Positions 38,476 through 48,822 of a DNA stretch of 64,000 nt are shown here, one piece after another. Origin of the DNA: Promethearchaeota archaeon (GTDB lineage Archaea; Asgardarchaeota; Lokiarchaeia; Sigyniarchaeales; SOKP01). The notes under the pieces are model-generated. The model did not search any database. It was not told the DNA's origin and saw nothing but the letters and a program-made list of their open reading frames with translations. The stretch lies in the NCBI GenBank assembly GCA_048940645.1, contig JBHLOI010000001.1, positions 64,001 to 128,000 of the forward strand. The letters run 5' to 3'. Position 1 is the stretch's first letter, and the number at the start of each line of letters is the position of its first letter. Both the position numbers and the translations under genes were made by a program.

Positions 38476-39381
38476 TTAAAGTGAGTTTAGATTAAATTGA
38501 TGTAATGCTTTTTGAGCAACTATATCTCCCCACTCTTGCACAAAATGACCTGCTTCTTTCATTAGAAAAGGTTTTGGACAACCATGAATCACTTTCCTTA
38601 AATACTTCATTACAGGTAATCCTAAAACAGGATCTTGCATACCTACTACCATAAAAGTTTCTCCAGACCATTCATCTCTTAAATAAACTCTCGCTTCCCT
38701 TGAAATTTCAGCTCCAGGAGCATTAAAATTATCAGGTACTATATTTGGAAATCTGCGAATCCCTGCCTTATATTTGGTATCTGGAAAAGGAGCACGATAA
38801 GCTGCTTTTTCTTCATCTGTTAAATGAGGACATAGGCGTCCTAATAATCTACCTGGGTCCAAATCAGGATGATTATTGTTCCAATCTCTCCAAGCTATAA
38901 ATCCTTTTGACAATGGTATATCGCCTGTCGCTAGGGCAGTATTCATTAATACAAGTCTAATAAACTTTTTAGGCATCTCCATTGGTAATGTAAGGCCTAT
39001 AAGTCCACCCCAATCTTGACAAACTAACGTGATATTATCAAGATTTAATTTTTTTATGAATTCTAGTATGGAATTACGATGAAAATCGAAAGTGTATACT
39101 TCTTCATTTATTGGTTTATCAGATCTACCAAACCCATAGTAATCCGGAGCAATAACGCGAATTCCTACTTTAAGAAATATAGGAATCATTTTTCGATATA
39201 AATAACTCCAAGTTGGTTGACCATGTAAACATAAAAATATTTCATTAGAATCTTTTGGTCCAACATCAATATAATGTATTCTCAAATTATCATATCCCTT
39301 TAAATTTTCTAAATAATTAGGTTTATAAGGGAAATCAGGAAGTGTTTTAAACCTCTGTTCAGGAGTTCTAAGAAATTCCAG
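38476..39381 (-). CDS. Haloalkane dehalogenase (alpha/beta hydrolase); probable CTG start at 39381
   Basis: (M)EFLRTPEQRF.TLPDFPY, HGQPTWSYLYRKMIP, QDWGG, AGHFVQE. Confidence 0.9.
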   Translation of the reverse strand: MEFLRTPEQRFKTLPDFPYKPNYLENLKGYDNLRIHYIDVGPKDSNEIFLCLHGQPTWSYLYRKMIPIFLKVGIRVIAPDYYGFGRSDKPINEEVYTFDFHRNSILEFIKKLNLDNITLVCQDWGGLIGLTLPMEMPKKFIRLVLMNTALATGDIPLSKGFIAWRDWNNNHPDLDPGRLLGRLCPHLTDEEKAAYRAPFPDTKYKAGIRRFPNIVPDNFNAPGAEISREARVYLRDEWSGETFMVVGMQDPVLGLPVMKYLRKVIHGCPKPFLMKEAGHFVQEWGDIVAQKALHQFNLNSL

Positions 39382-39497
39382 TTTTACTCACAATCTTGTT
39401 TTGAATTTAATATAGTCCTTATTATTTTATAATATTTTTGAAACTTTAAATTTGAAGAAAAATTTACACAAATGGAAAAAATAAAAATTGAAATCCA

Positions 39498-40106
39498 ATG
39501 ATTTTCATCAATAGAAAGACTGGAATTATTTTTGGTTCTTTCTCATGGACAATAGCACTTTGTTTATTTGCTACTGCAATTAGGCTATATAATAGAGTAA
39601 ATCCATCATTTAGTGGACTTACGCATCAATTAAGCGATTTAGGCGCAGGAAAAAACTTTTCTAACGTAGTCTTTATTATAGGTCTGGCTTTTACAGAAAT
39701 TTTTCAAATTCCATTTTATATCTCTATTGGAATGACATTAAAGCAAAAAAAAGGCAATTGGAATTTAATTAGATTTGCTTTGGGTGCTTCTATAATTTCT
39801 AGTTTATGTCTAGTTTTAATAATTCCCTTTTTGTCAGATCCTAAAAACCCTATATCTTATACTATGCATGGAATTCTAGGATTTACGCATTTTGGTGCTA
39901 TGGCAGTAGCATATATTTTTTACAGCATAATAGAACTTTCAAATCCTGAAATTTCAAAAGTTTTTGGTTTGGTATCAATCTATTCTGCATTATTTTACAG
40001 TTTGACCATTACTTTCTTCACTTACGGCATAATTTATTGGTTCGCTATTTCTGGAATATTTCTATGGGTATTTATGCATACAATATTCCTTATTAGAGCT
40101 AAATAA
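39498..40106 (+). CDS. DUF998/Frag1-like membrane protein
   Basis: QLSDLG, MHGILGF.HF; paralog of the next gene. Confidence 0.65.
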   Translation: MIFINRKTGIIFGSFSWTIALCLFATAIRLYNRVNPSFSGLTHQLSDLGAGKNFSNVVFIIGLAFTEIFQIPFYISIGMTLKQKKGNWNLIRFALGASIISSLCLVLIIPFLSDPKNPISYTMHGILGFTHFGAMAVAYIFYSIIELSNPEISKVFGLVSIYSALFYSLTITFFTYGIIYWFAISGIFLWVFMHTIFLIRAK

Positions 40107-40194
40107 TAGAATTTCTTTTACTTAAAAGCTGGTTTTATAAATAAATTTTTAAATGATGATGGGTTTTTTTTTCATCACTCTATACAATTAACAG

Positions 40195-40947
40195 ATGGTT
40201 AATAGAGGGCTCATAGAATCTATAGAATATTTTTTAAAAATATCTATCAAGGCAATGTCAAACTTAAATAAAGAATTCTATAAAATCAGCGGTTCAATAT
40301 GTGGAATTATGGCATGGATTATTGGGTTGTTATCTTTTACTATTGCCATAATTTTGCGGAGCAATGTTGATTCTACCTTTAGTTTAAATTCACATTATTT
40401 GTGTGATTTAGGGATAGAAAAATATGATACACATATTGTTTTTTCTATAGGATTTATTCTTAATAAGAGCTTTTTAATTCCATTCTATATCTCATTTGGA
40501 TTTCTTTTACAAAAAAAAATCTATAAGAGTTATTTAATTAGGGTAGCAATCGTTACATCTATTATTTCTATGCTTAGTCTAATAATTCTTCCTCCCTTTC
40601 TATTAAACCCATATAATCAATTCTTTTGTAGCATGCATGGTATTCTAGGTTTTATCCATTTTAGCTCAGCAACTTTTGCTTTTACCTTGTATGGTATAAT
40701 TGAACTTTCAAATCCTAGAATTTCAAGTTTTTATGCAATAGTCTCATTTATAACAGCATTCATGCATGGCTTCTTTTTGATTTTCTCTTCTATACACCTA
40801 ATTGAATGGTTTACTATCAGTAGTGATTTTATATGGGTGTTAATCCATACAATTTTTTTATTTAAAAGTGATCAAACCCAAGTACAAAATATCGTAATAT
40901 TTGAGTTAGATTATCTATTAAAATATAATCGAAGAGTTGAAAAATAG
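40195..40947 (+). CDS. DUF998/Frag1-like membrane protein, tandem paralog
   Basis: YLCDLG, MHGILGFIHF, IIELSNP.IS shared with the previous gene. Confidence 0.65.
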   Translation: MVNRGLIESIEYFLKISIKAMSNLNKEFYKISGSICGIMAWIIGLLSFTIAIILRSNVDSTFSLNSHYLCDLGIEKYDTHIVFSIGFILNKSFLIPFYISFGFLLQKKIYKSYLIRVAIVTSIISMLSLIILPPFLLNPYNQFFCSMHGILGFIHFSSATFAFTLYGIIELSNPRISSFYAIVSFITAFMHGFFLIFSSIHLIEWFTISSDFIWVLIHTIFLFKSDQTQVQNIVIFELDYLLKYNRRVEK

Positions 40948-40989
40948 ATTTTATATTGTTTTTTATCTAAAAAAATTAGTAGTTATAAT

Positions 40990-41877
40990 TTATTTAAGAC
41001 TATATTTTTCTAATAAACTGGTCAACCTAGCCCGGTGAAATTTCAATCCAAGTTCATCTGGAGGATACCCAAATGCTAATGCAAATAATTCGGTCAAATA
41101 GAGAATTGGTATATCAAAAGTGTTATTAGATTGAGTTCCTGCTTTTTTTTGATTCGTATCCATTTGTTGAAAACATGCAGGACATATTACGATAAATGCT
41201 TCTGCACCAGCATTAATAGCACTATTAAATTTATTTGCTAATACTTGCATTGAAGGTTCCTCCTCAGCATTTCCCACTCCTGATCCACAGCAAAGTATTT
41301 CTTCGGTATAATCAACTGGTGTTGCTCCTGTTGCAGCTACTAGTTCTCTTAGTTTTATTGGTTCCATTGGATCGTCTGTTTGCATAATTTCAGAGGGGCG
41401 ATTATAGTGGCATCCTGTATGGCAGGCTACTTTTAAACCTGAAAAATCATTTTTCACGTGCTCCTTTATTTTTTCAATACCTAAATCATGTAACACTTCT
41501 ACAAAATGCTTAACATTAACACTACCCTTAAACTTTTTATTGACTGATTTTAATATTTCATTAATTTTTCCTTTTTCATGATCATCATGCTGTAATTCAT
41601 GCTTGACCGCTTTTAAGGTTTGAAAGCAACCATTACATAACGAAACAATGTCCTTTCCTTCTTCTTCGGCAATTGCAAGATTTCTTGCTCCCATTGCCAA
41701 CCAGCTTGTATGATCTATAGCATGAAAACCTACTGGATCAGGACAACATGCAAAAGGAGCATCAGTAGTTTTTATTCCGAGAGTATCGAAAACTTTTCGA
41801 GCTGAAGCCTCAATAAAAGGGATTCTGTTTCCTATGGTACAACCTTGAAACATTTTATATTCTTCAACTTTTGCCAT
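40990..41877 (-). CDS. hdrB: Heterodisulfide reductase subunit B
   Basis: FQGC, CCPDP, CNGCF, HTGCH..RP, CCG, CPACF.Q.D (two CCG domains). Confidence 0.92.
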   Translation of the reverse strand: MAKVEEYKMFQGCTIGNRIPFIEASARKVFDTLGIKTTDAPFACCPDPVGFHAIDHTSWLAMGARNLAIAEEEGKDIVSLCNGCFQTLKAVKHELQHDDHEKGKINEILKSVNKKFKGSVNVKHFVEVLHDLGIEKIKEHVKNDFSGLKVACHTGCHYNRPSEIMQTDDPMEPIKLRELVAATGATPVDYTEEILCCGSGVGNAEEEPSMQVLANKFNSAINAGAEAFIVICPACFQQMDTNQKKAGTQSNNTFDIPILYLTELFALAFGYPPDELGLKFHRARLTSLLEKYSLK

Positions 41878-41998
41878 GACAAAAAATTCCTCTTTATTTT
41901 TTAAGATAATTATATTTGGTTTAATACTAAATTAATTAAAAAATTTGTTAAATCAAATAATAAGGACATTAGAATAAAATAAAAAAATAATTAATAAT

Positions 41999-42625
41999 TT
42001 AATCAAAAACTTTTCCACAATTACTACAAAAATTGGAAAAGACTGGCAGTTCTGTTCCACATTCGGGACAAAATTTCTTTTCTAAAGGCTCTGTTGTCTT
42101 AGTCTCTTCTACTTCTTCAACTTTAACCTCTTCCGCAGGTAATTCTTCCTCTTCCTCAACTTTCTTTGGTTTTACCCTTCTTACAAATGCTCGTCCTATT
42201 ATAGCAATAACTACTCCAGCAAATCCTAATCCTGAACCATACGTGAATCGATTATAAAGTTCTTCTAAATAATATAATATCGTTGGATCTGTTATCACTC
42301 CTGTAAGACGAACTATCTGAGTTGTTATCCATATAATTAAAGCTAATGTTCCAAAAGCTAAACCAATCCAGATAATAAATTTCCCTAGCCTTACTTGCCC
42401 GATTACTACTAGAATCGCTCCAGCAATTACAGCAACGCCTCCTAAATCTGCTATCCACCTAAAAATTACATTAACAATTACATTGAAAATCGGTTCGTAT
42501 TCTGGCCATTCATTCGAAGCTAAAGTATAAAGTGTCTCAAATATTTGAATACTTCCTTCTACAGCGCTAATGATCATTAATGTTCCGCCAATAATTAATA
42601 AAATAAATCCTGTTTTATGCTTCAT
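41999..42625 (-). CDS. Membrane protein with C-terminal zinc ribbon
   Basis: About 4 TM; FCPECG...FCSNCG. Confidence 0.75.
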   Translation of the reverse strand: MKHKTGFILLIIGGTLMIISAVEGSIQIFETLYTLASNEWPEYEPIFNVIVNVIFRWIADLGGVAVIAGAILVVIGQVRLGKFIIWIGLAFGTLALIIWITTQIVRLTGVITDPTILYYLEELYNRFTYGSGLGFAGVVIAIIGRAFVRRVKPKKVEEEEELPAEEVKVEEVEETKTTEPLEKKFCPECGTELPVFSNFCSNCGKVFD

Positions 42626-42764
42626 AAAATTTCTTCCTCAATTAACTTTATATCTTTAAAGTGACCTAAAACAATTATTACCTTTAATTGTTTACAATAT
42701 TTTTTATAATTTACAAAATTATTTGATTAATCAATTTGACAAAAAAATAATCGTTAGGTTAAAC

Positions 42765-43589
42765 TCAAGTTGAAGTAATTCGATTAGGATGTGTATAGAT
42801 ATTCATTCTTTTCCCTCTAACAAATCCTATTAAAGTAATGCCGTAAGCGAATGCTAATCTTACACCAGATTCGATAGGCGCGGATAATGAAGCAACTATT
42901 GGAATTCTTGCCCTAATTGCTTTTAAAATTGAGTCTCCTGTTAATCTACCAGTAGAAGTTAAAAAAACATTATCAAAGTCATGATTATTCATTAGCATTT
43001 CACCAATAACTTTATCTATTGCATTATGCCTCCCAATATCCTCTTTTACACTAATCAAATTCCCATCATAATCAAAAATTGCAGCCCCATGACACCCTCC
43101 AGTTTCTTTGAATAATTTAGTTTCACTTTGCATTTTAACAATCGATGAAAAAATAATTTCAGGGGAAATTTTATTTATTTTTTTAGAGGTAATCGCTTCT
43201 TTTGACTCATCAATTTTCTCTTTAATAAATTTCCGCCATGGTGAAGGAATTCCACAGGTAGTATCAATTACTCTACTAACTGGATTCATATCAAAATCGT
43301 TTAATTTAAAGTCTAATGAATCAACTAAATCAATATGAATATTTCCTTCTATCTCATCGACCTTAATTTGTTTAATATCCTTATGAGTATTAATAATTCC
43401 TATAGAATAAATGAAACCAACGGCTAATTCCTTTAAGCTATTAGGTAAACAAATGATATTAACTAAAGGTTCAGAGTTTATAAAAATATCTACAGGGCTT
43501 TCTATTAAGATAAAATCAATATCTTCTGAGATTTCATTTTTTTTAATTCTTGTAATATTTACTTTTCTTTTAAACAAAATGAAAACCAA
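42765..43589 (-). CDS. fdhD: Formate dehydrogenase accessory sulfurtransferase
   Basis: ELAVGF, TCG, TGGCHGAA, EDIGRHNAIDKVIG, TGR, ITLIGFVR. Confidence 0.93.
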   Translation of the reverse strand: MVFILFKRKVNITRIKKNEISEDIDFILIESPVDIFINSEPLVNIICLPNSLKELAVGFIYSIGIINTHKDIKQIKVDEIEGNIHIDLVDSLDFKLNDFDMNPVSRVIDTTCGIPSPWRKFIKEKIDESKEAITSKKINKISPEIIFSSIVKMQSETKLFKETGGCHGAAIFDYDGNLISVKEDIGRHNAIDKVIGEMLMNNHDFDNVFLTSTGRLTGDSILKAIRARIPIVASLSAPIESGVRLAFAYGITLIGFVRGKRMNIYTHPNRITST

Positions 43590-43697
43590 ATAAATCTATT
43601 TAGATTACAAAATATTCAATAGGGCATATTATTTAAAGAAATTTCTATTCTAACTTATAAGCTTATAAGAGTATCAGATAAAAATTAATAATTTTAT

Positions 43698-44549
43698 CTA
43701 AGCAGCAACATATAGTCTGCCATTAGAACTTTTCGATATTTCTCCAGTTTTTTTATCAATTTTAGAATGATTTTTTGCAACAGAGTGATCACCACTATAT
43801 TCAATAAATTTTCCTGTAAGAGTTTCTCCATTTGGTAATTCTACTTCAGTTACTTCTCCGATCTTCTTATAGGAAGGAAGAATTTTCGTAACTTTGCCTT
43901 TAATTACGATTGCTCCCCTGACTTGGTCTGCTCCAGCACATCGATCGCAATCACCTTCAACAATAATAATGCCACCATGACTATGGATCCCTAAGAAAGC
44001 TCCAGCACTACCACAGATTAATTTTGGAAACCTTTTTCCGGGTTTAGAGCCATTTACCCATGCTAATGTTTCATTTCCTACTTTTCCTTTTACTTTTATT
44101 ATTCCATTTTTCATTCCCTGCCAAAAGCCTCTATATGCTGCTCCTACATAATGACCTGCATCTCCATTTATTTCTAATTCTCCTCCTTGAAGCATCGCTC
44201 CTGCCCAATCATCAGCATTTCCATTAACCGTTATTTTTCCACCCTTCATCTGGCTTCCAACATGCATTCCAACACTACCATTTATAACTATTTCGCCACC
44301 GCTCATATTCTCTCCGATGCGTTTTACGTTTGAGAAATCTCCATCAAGGATAATTTTAGTATCATTTTTATCAGTTGATTTTCCTGAAATATCAAAAAAA
44401 TTCCCTAATTTAACTACTTCTTTTCCATAATATAATTCTAATTTTTTAATGTCTGCTATAGTTTTACCAGCAAAATTGTCTGGGGTTATGATATCTGCTT
44501 CTAAGGGAAGTTCTGGTTTTTTCTTTAATTTTAATTTGATTTCTCCCAT
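43698..44549 (-). CDS. fwdC: Formylmethanofuran dehydrogenase subunit C
   Basis: PLEADIITPD, GXGXG beta-helix repeats, VGAAYRG.W.GM. Confidence 0.92.
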   Translation of the reverse strand: MGEIKLKLKKKPELPLEADIITPDNFAGKTIADIKKLELYYGKEVVKLGNFFDISGKSTDKNDTKIILDGDFSNVKRIGENMSGGEIVINGSVGMHVGSQMKGGKITVNGNADDWAGAMLQGGELEINGDAGHYVGAAYRGFWQGMKNGIIKVKGKVGNETLAWVNGSKPGKRFPKLICGSAGAFLGIHSHGGIIIVEGDCDRCAGADQVRGAIVIKGKVTKILPSYKKIGEVTEVELPNGETLTGKFIEYSGDHSVAKNHSKIDKKTGEISKSSNGRLYVAA

Positions 44550-44552
44550 AAT

Positions 44553-45881
44553 TTACTCACCAAGCTTTTCTTTTACTTTTTCAATTAGTTTTTCTAATAT
44601 TTCTTTGTCAGAGAGAGATTCACCTGGAGCATCTTTTACTTTTCTTAGTCTCAATGGAACTTTATCCATGCGATACGCTGTACCTTCACATTCTATTCCC
44701 GCAAACGCAGCAGGTAAAACTACATCTGCAAATGCGGAAGTAGGTGTTTCATGAGGGTCAATAGAAATCAAGGGATGTTTAAATAAGTTTTTTACTGCTG
44801 CTGCGGGGAAATTACTTGCGGGATCAGAAGCTACAATTAATGAAGAATCAACTTCATTTCTAATAAGTAAATCAACTGAGGAAAACTCTCCTGGATTATA
44901 TCGAGGATATCCCCTCGAAAAATCAATTGAATAAGCATATCCAGTATTCCACGTAAATACTTGATTTGCTCCAGTAACATTATAGTGCCCTCGCATTGGT
45001 TCTAATAGAAATTTTGTATGATCATTTAATTCTCTTGTCAAACAAATTGCTGCATCAATATTTCGGTGGTGAGCTAAAGTTTGTGTTAGTCCCATTCCGA
45101 AAAATATAACTCCAAAATTGCATAATTTCAACATTTCAACTAATTCTTTTACTTTTTCGATAGGGACTCCCGAAACTTCCTTTACATCTAATTCAACACC
45201 TCTAAGCACCGCTCTTATCGCATTTATTAATTCATAATCTTCATTAGGATTAACTTGAACAAATAGATCAGCAATTTGAGCAGTATGAGTATTCCTTGGA
45301 TCCACAACTATAATAAATCTGTCATTTCTTCCATCTTTTCTAAAATATCCCCTAACAAATTCACTATATCTCCCTAAATGCCTTGGATGGGCATGTACTG
45401 GATTGCACCCCCAGAAGATTACTAAATCAGCTCGATTCTTATACTCTCCTAGTGTAGACAAAGGAGCACCTACATCTTGTATTGCTAATAATGATGGACC
45501 ATGACAAACTGAGGCAGTATTATCTAAAATAGCCCCTAAAATTTCTGCTAATTCGACTCCTTTACTCTGTGCTTCACATTCAGTTGATGAAAATCCATAT
45601 AGTAGTGGTCGCTTTGCTTTTACTAAAATATCCGCTGCCACATCTAGCGCCTTATCCCATGATACTTCCTTATATTCTCCATTTACTTTTATTCTTGGTT
45701 TTAAATACCTGTGACCACCTGGATTTGAAGAGAAAAATTTTTTTGTACCAATTTGACAACCATTTCTAACTTCTATAACTGAATCTTCTTTAATATCGAT
45801 ATCTACTTCAAGATCGTCGCATAATGTCCCACAGAATGGGCAAACTACATCATAAACTGTTTTTATTTTTCTTTCTACCAT
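44553..45881 (-). CDS. fwdB: Formylmethanofuran dehydrogenase subunit B (Cys form)
   Basis: VCPFCGTLCDD, DNTASVCHGPS, KNRADL, HAHPRH, PMRGHYNV, GTAYRMD. Confidence 0.95.
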   Translation of the reverse strand: MVERKIKTVYDVVCPFCGTLCDDLEVDIDIKEDSVIEVRNGCQIGTKKFFSSNPGGHRYLKPRIKVNGEYKEVSWDKALDVAADILVKAKRPLLYGFSSTECEAQSKGVELAEILGAILDNTASVCHGPSLLAIQDVGAPLSTLGEYKNRADLVIFWGCNPVHAHPRHLGRYSEFVRGYFRKDGRNDRFIIVVDPRNTHTAQIADLFVQVNPNEDYELINAIRAVLRGVELDVKEVSGVPIEKVKELVEMLKLCNFGVIFFGMGLTQTLAHHRNIDAAICLTRELNDHTKFLLEPMRGHYNVTGANQVFTWNTGYAYSIDFSRGYPRYNPGEFSSVDLLIRNEVDSSLIVASDPASNFPAAAVKNLFKHPLISIDPHETPTSAFADVVLPAAFAGIECEGTAYRMDKVPLRLRKVKDAPGESLSDKEILEKLIEKVKEKLGE

Positions 45882-45884
45882 CTA

Positions 45885-46280
45885 TTATGCCTCTTGTAAT
45901 TGTTTCATTAATTCTAATGCATCTAACACCCTTCCACTTCTCATAACCTCAACTTTAGCCTTCATTCCCTTATAAGTGGGAGTTCCACACGCTTGAGAAT
46001 CAGGATTAACTAGCTGATTTGCCCAAGGACCCATTGGAATAAAAATTATACCTGGATGTGGACCTTCTTCCGAAATAGTTGAATAAACTACTACTTCACC
46101 ATGATCGGTAATAACCTTAACTGGAGTACCAACCAAACAATCTAATTTTTTAAAATCATCTTTATCAAAAGCACAAATGGCTGCAGCTCGAACATTCTCT
46201 TTTGTAGTTTTACCCCCTTCTAGAGCTACTCCTTGATTAATAGTCCTTCCAGTTAATAAAATTAAATTATTTAAGCTCAT
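45885..46280 (-). CDS. fwdD: Formylmethanofuran dehydrogenase subunit D
   Basis: TGRTINQG, IFIPMGPWAN, GTPTYKG. Confidence 0.92.
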   Translation of the reverse strand: MSLNNLILLTGRTINQGVALEGGKTTKENVRAAAICAFDKDDFKKLDCLVGTPVKVITDHGEVVVYSTISEEGPHPGIIFIPMGPWANQLVNPDSQACGTPTYKGMKAKVEVMRSGRVLDALELMKQLQEA

Positions 46281-47002
46281 TCTTCTTGCTCCTCTTTTTC
46301 ATTCCATCTTAAAGTCTTTAACCGTTCTAATAAAGGTTCCCAAAACATTTCGCTAAATTCCCCAGATGTTTTAACATCAGTAATTTTTAATTTTATTGCT
46401 CCCGTAGGACAACCATTGTCGCATGCACCACAAAATATGCAAGAATCTTTATCTACAACCACATTTGGGACAGTCTCCCATCCTTTATCCGACTTTTTCG
46501 GAACAGATATAGCTCCGGATGGACATACCTCATAGCAGGTTTGACACCCACCAGGACATTCTTCATCGACAATACTAATTTCTCCATCAGTGTATTGTTT
46601 AGCAACCCTTTCAATCTCATTATAACTAGTAATCTTCTTAGCTTCAAACTCTAATTTTGGGACAACATGCTCTTTTACTATTTGAATATCTTCTAACTCG
46701 ATAATATTTCCATCCTTTTTAAGAGTTAGAGCACTAAAAGGGCAAAAATATACACAAGTTCCACAAAATACACATTTTTCTGGATCATATACTTCTGGGA
46801 TAATATCTTCAAGTGTGGGAAATCTACGTGATGTTCCTACAGGTCCACGGGAAATAGCATCCTTCGGACACACTCTGGCACATGTTCCGCAACCAACACA
46901 TTTGGTTTTATCTAAAATTAGTTCTAAACTTTCAGTTAAGAATTGAATTTTTACATGTTCAATATCTTTACTTATTGATCTTGATATTTTTGGAAAAGAA
47001 AT
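46277..47002 (-). CDS. Polyferredoxin (FwdF/FwdG-like); probable ATT start at 47002
   Basis: Four Cys motifs incl. CVGCGTCARVCP (cut by the ORF-track GTG start), CVFCGTCVYFCP, CPGGCQTCYEVCP, CIFCGACDNGCP. Confidence 0.85.
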   Translation of the reverse strand: MSFPKISRSISKDIEHVKIQFLTESLELILDKTKCVGCGTCARVCPKDAISRGPVGTSRRFPTLEDIIPEVYDPEKCVFCGTCVYFCPFSALTLKKDGNIIELEDIQIVKEHVVPKLEFEAKKITSYNEIERVAKQYTDGEISIVDEECPGGCQTCYEVCPSGAISVPKKSDKGWETVPNVVVDKDSCIFCGACDNGCPTGAIKLKITDVKTSGEFSEMFWEPLLERLKTLRWNEKEEQEE

Positions 47003-47012
47003 TTTCTACACC

Positions 47013-47270
47013 TCATTCAACTTTTAGTAATTCTAATTTTATGGCATTTGCAGGACAAAATTTAACACAAACGCCACATCCATCACAGTTATAGGTTCTT
47101 TCACTTTTATAGATATCATAAGCCATCCCATTTTTGACTAAAATTACAGCATTTTCCTGAGTTAAATAGCCCATTTGTTTTAATTGATTAAAATTTATTG
47201 GACATGAAGTTACACAAATGTTACATCCTATACAGTCGTTATTATTTATTTTTAATCGATAAACTTGCAT
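47013..47270 (-). CDS. 2[4Fe-4S] ferredoxin (FwdG/FwdH-like)
   Basis: CIGCNICVTSCP, CDGCGVCVKFCP. Confidence 0.88.
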   Translation of the reverse strand: MQVYRLKINNNDCIGCNICVTSCPINFNQLKQMGYLTQENAVILVKNGMAYDIYKSERTYNCDGCGVCVKFCPANAIKLELLKVE

Positions 47271-47470
47271 AATTTATGCCTCTTTTCTGATTGGTTTTGA
47301 CACACCAGTTATAATATCCTATGGAAAATATGTAATAAACTTAATTTTTAGAAAGTACTGTATTTTAAAAAATTTAGTATATCAATTATTAAGTCGTAGA
47401 TTTTAAAATCACTCAATTAATTAAAAAAAATCCAAATTATTTTAAAATCTAGGTGAAAATAAAAAAAATC

Positions 47471-48052
47471 TCAAAGCTTTATCATTTTTGGCTCTATCCA
47501 CTCTTCTCTAAGTATACTGAAAAGTAAACAATTTATCCATTCTCCTTTAACAAACATCATTTTACGGATTAATCCTTCTTTAGTAAAGCCTGTTTTTTCA
47601 AGAACTCTCTGAGTGGCAATATTTCTTTCATCTGTAATAGCTTGAATGCGTTCGATTTCTTTAGAAAGAAATAAGAAATCTAGAAATATATTGACAGCTT
47701 CTGAACAATAACCTTTCTTACGTTCAGAAGGAGTTAGAAAAAATCCAATTTCTAATAGTTCATATGGATATGCTTTCACTATAAAATTTGATATGGCTCC
47801 AATCTTAGTTCTATCTTTTTTCTCGATAATAAAAATTTGAAGATCATCACTAAATTTACTAATTCTTTTTTGTAATTGATCATTTGAAATTTGTACTAAA
47901 CGACTATACCTTCCAAAATAAGGATTATTAATCACATCACAATAAAATGGAACATCTTCACTTTCCATAACCCGTAAATTAATATTATTTCCTTCGAGCA
48001 TATTATCTCGCATCATTATATTTTTAGATCTTTCTATTACTAAAACTCTCAA
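47471..48052 (-). CDS. GNAT N-acetyltransferase (RimJ/RimL type)
   Basis: LEIG...ERKKGYCSEAV...N.A..RVLEK.GF..EG..R. Confidence 0.9.
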   Translation of the reverse strand: MRVLVIERSKNIMMRDNMLEGNNINLRVMESEDVPFYCDVINNPYFGRYSRLVQISNDQLQKRISKFSDDLQIFIIEKKDRTKIGAISNFIVKAYPYELLEIGFFLTPSERKKGYCSEAVNIFLDFLFLSKEIERIQAITDERNIATQRVLEKTGFTKEGLIRKMMFVKGEWINCLLFSILREEWIEPKMIKL

Positions 48053-48183
48053 GTATTTAAATCTTAAGAATTAAGTTAGTATAATTTTTCACTTAAAATG
48101 TTTTAAGTGTGCAACACAATTTTTTACTAAGAAATGTTATAATTATAATTTAGAAAATAAGTTTCAAGATGCATATCAGAGGC

Positions 48184-48717
48184 TTAAATCTTTAAAAGTT
48201 TAGGCTCTTTCCAATCATCTCTAAGAATACTGAATAGAGAAAGATCTACACGCTCTCCTTTCATGAATAACGCTTTACGCATTATACCTTCTTCTATGAA
48301 TCCCGCTTTTTCAAGAACTCTCTTAGAAGCTTTATTTCTATCATCCGTAGTTGCTTGTATTCTTTCTATTGCTTGTAAAAGAAATAAAAAATCCACGAAA
48401 AGTTTAACAGCCTCGGTACAATAACCTTTCTTACGTTCAGAAAAGATCATATAATAACCTATCTCTAACAGATTATGGGGTCCTCCCTTAACCATAAAAT
48501 AAAAAATAAGTCCAATTTCACTTCCATCTTTTTTTTCTATGATAAACCTTTTTTGGTCATCAGGCATCTCAGTAAACCTTTTTTTCATTTCTTCCTTTGA
48601 TCTTTGTATCATTGGAGAATATCTACCTTGGAAATTAACATTGTTGAGCCAATCACTTAGAAGAGAAATATCTTCTGGCTCCATAGCCCGTAAATTAATA
48701 TTAATTCCTTCAAGCAT
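48184..48717 (-). CDS. GNAT N-acetyltransferase (RimJ/RimL type), tandem paralog
   Basis: Same motifs; shared DNA stretch acaataacctttcttacgttcagaa. Confidence 0.9.
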   Translation of the reverse strand: MLEGININLRAMEPEDISLLSDWLNNVNFQGRYSPMIQRSKEEMKKRFTEMPDDQKRFIIEKKDGSEIGLIFYFMVKGGPHNLLEIGYYMIFSERKKGYCTEAVKLFVDFLFLLQAIERIQATTDDRNKASKRVLEKAGFIEEGIMRKALFMKGERVDLSLFSILRDDWKEPKLLKI

Positions 48718-48822
48718 AATATTTAATTTTATAATCCATATATTTAAATAATTTAGGGCAAAATCAAATATTAATCTGATAAGTAGAGATTTTATTGGGA
48801 ATTGATAGAGGATTAAAGAGAA

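Noticed and set aside
45495-45530. Possible Sec in FwdB
   Set aside because: The active-site position is a Cys codon (TASVCHG); no TGA
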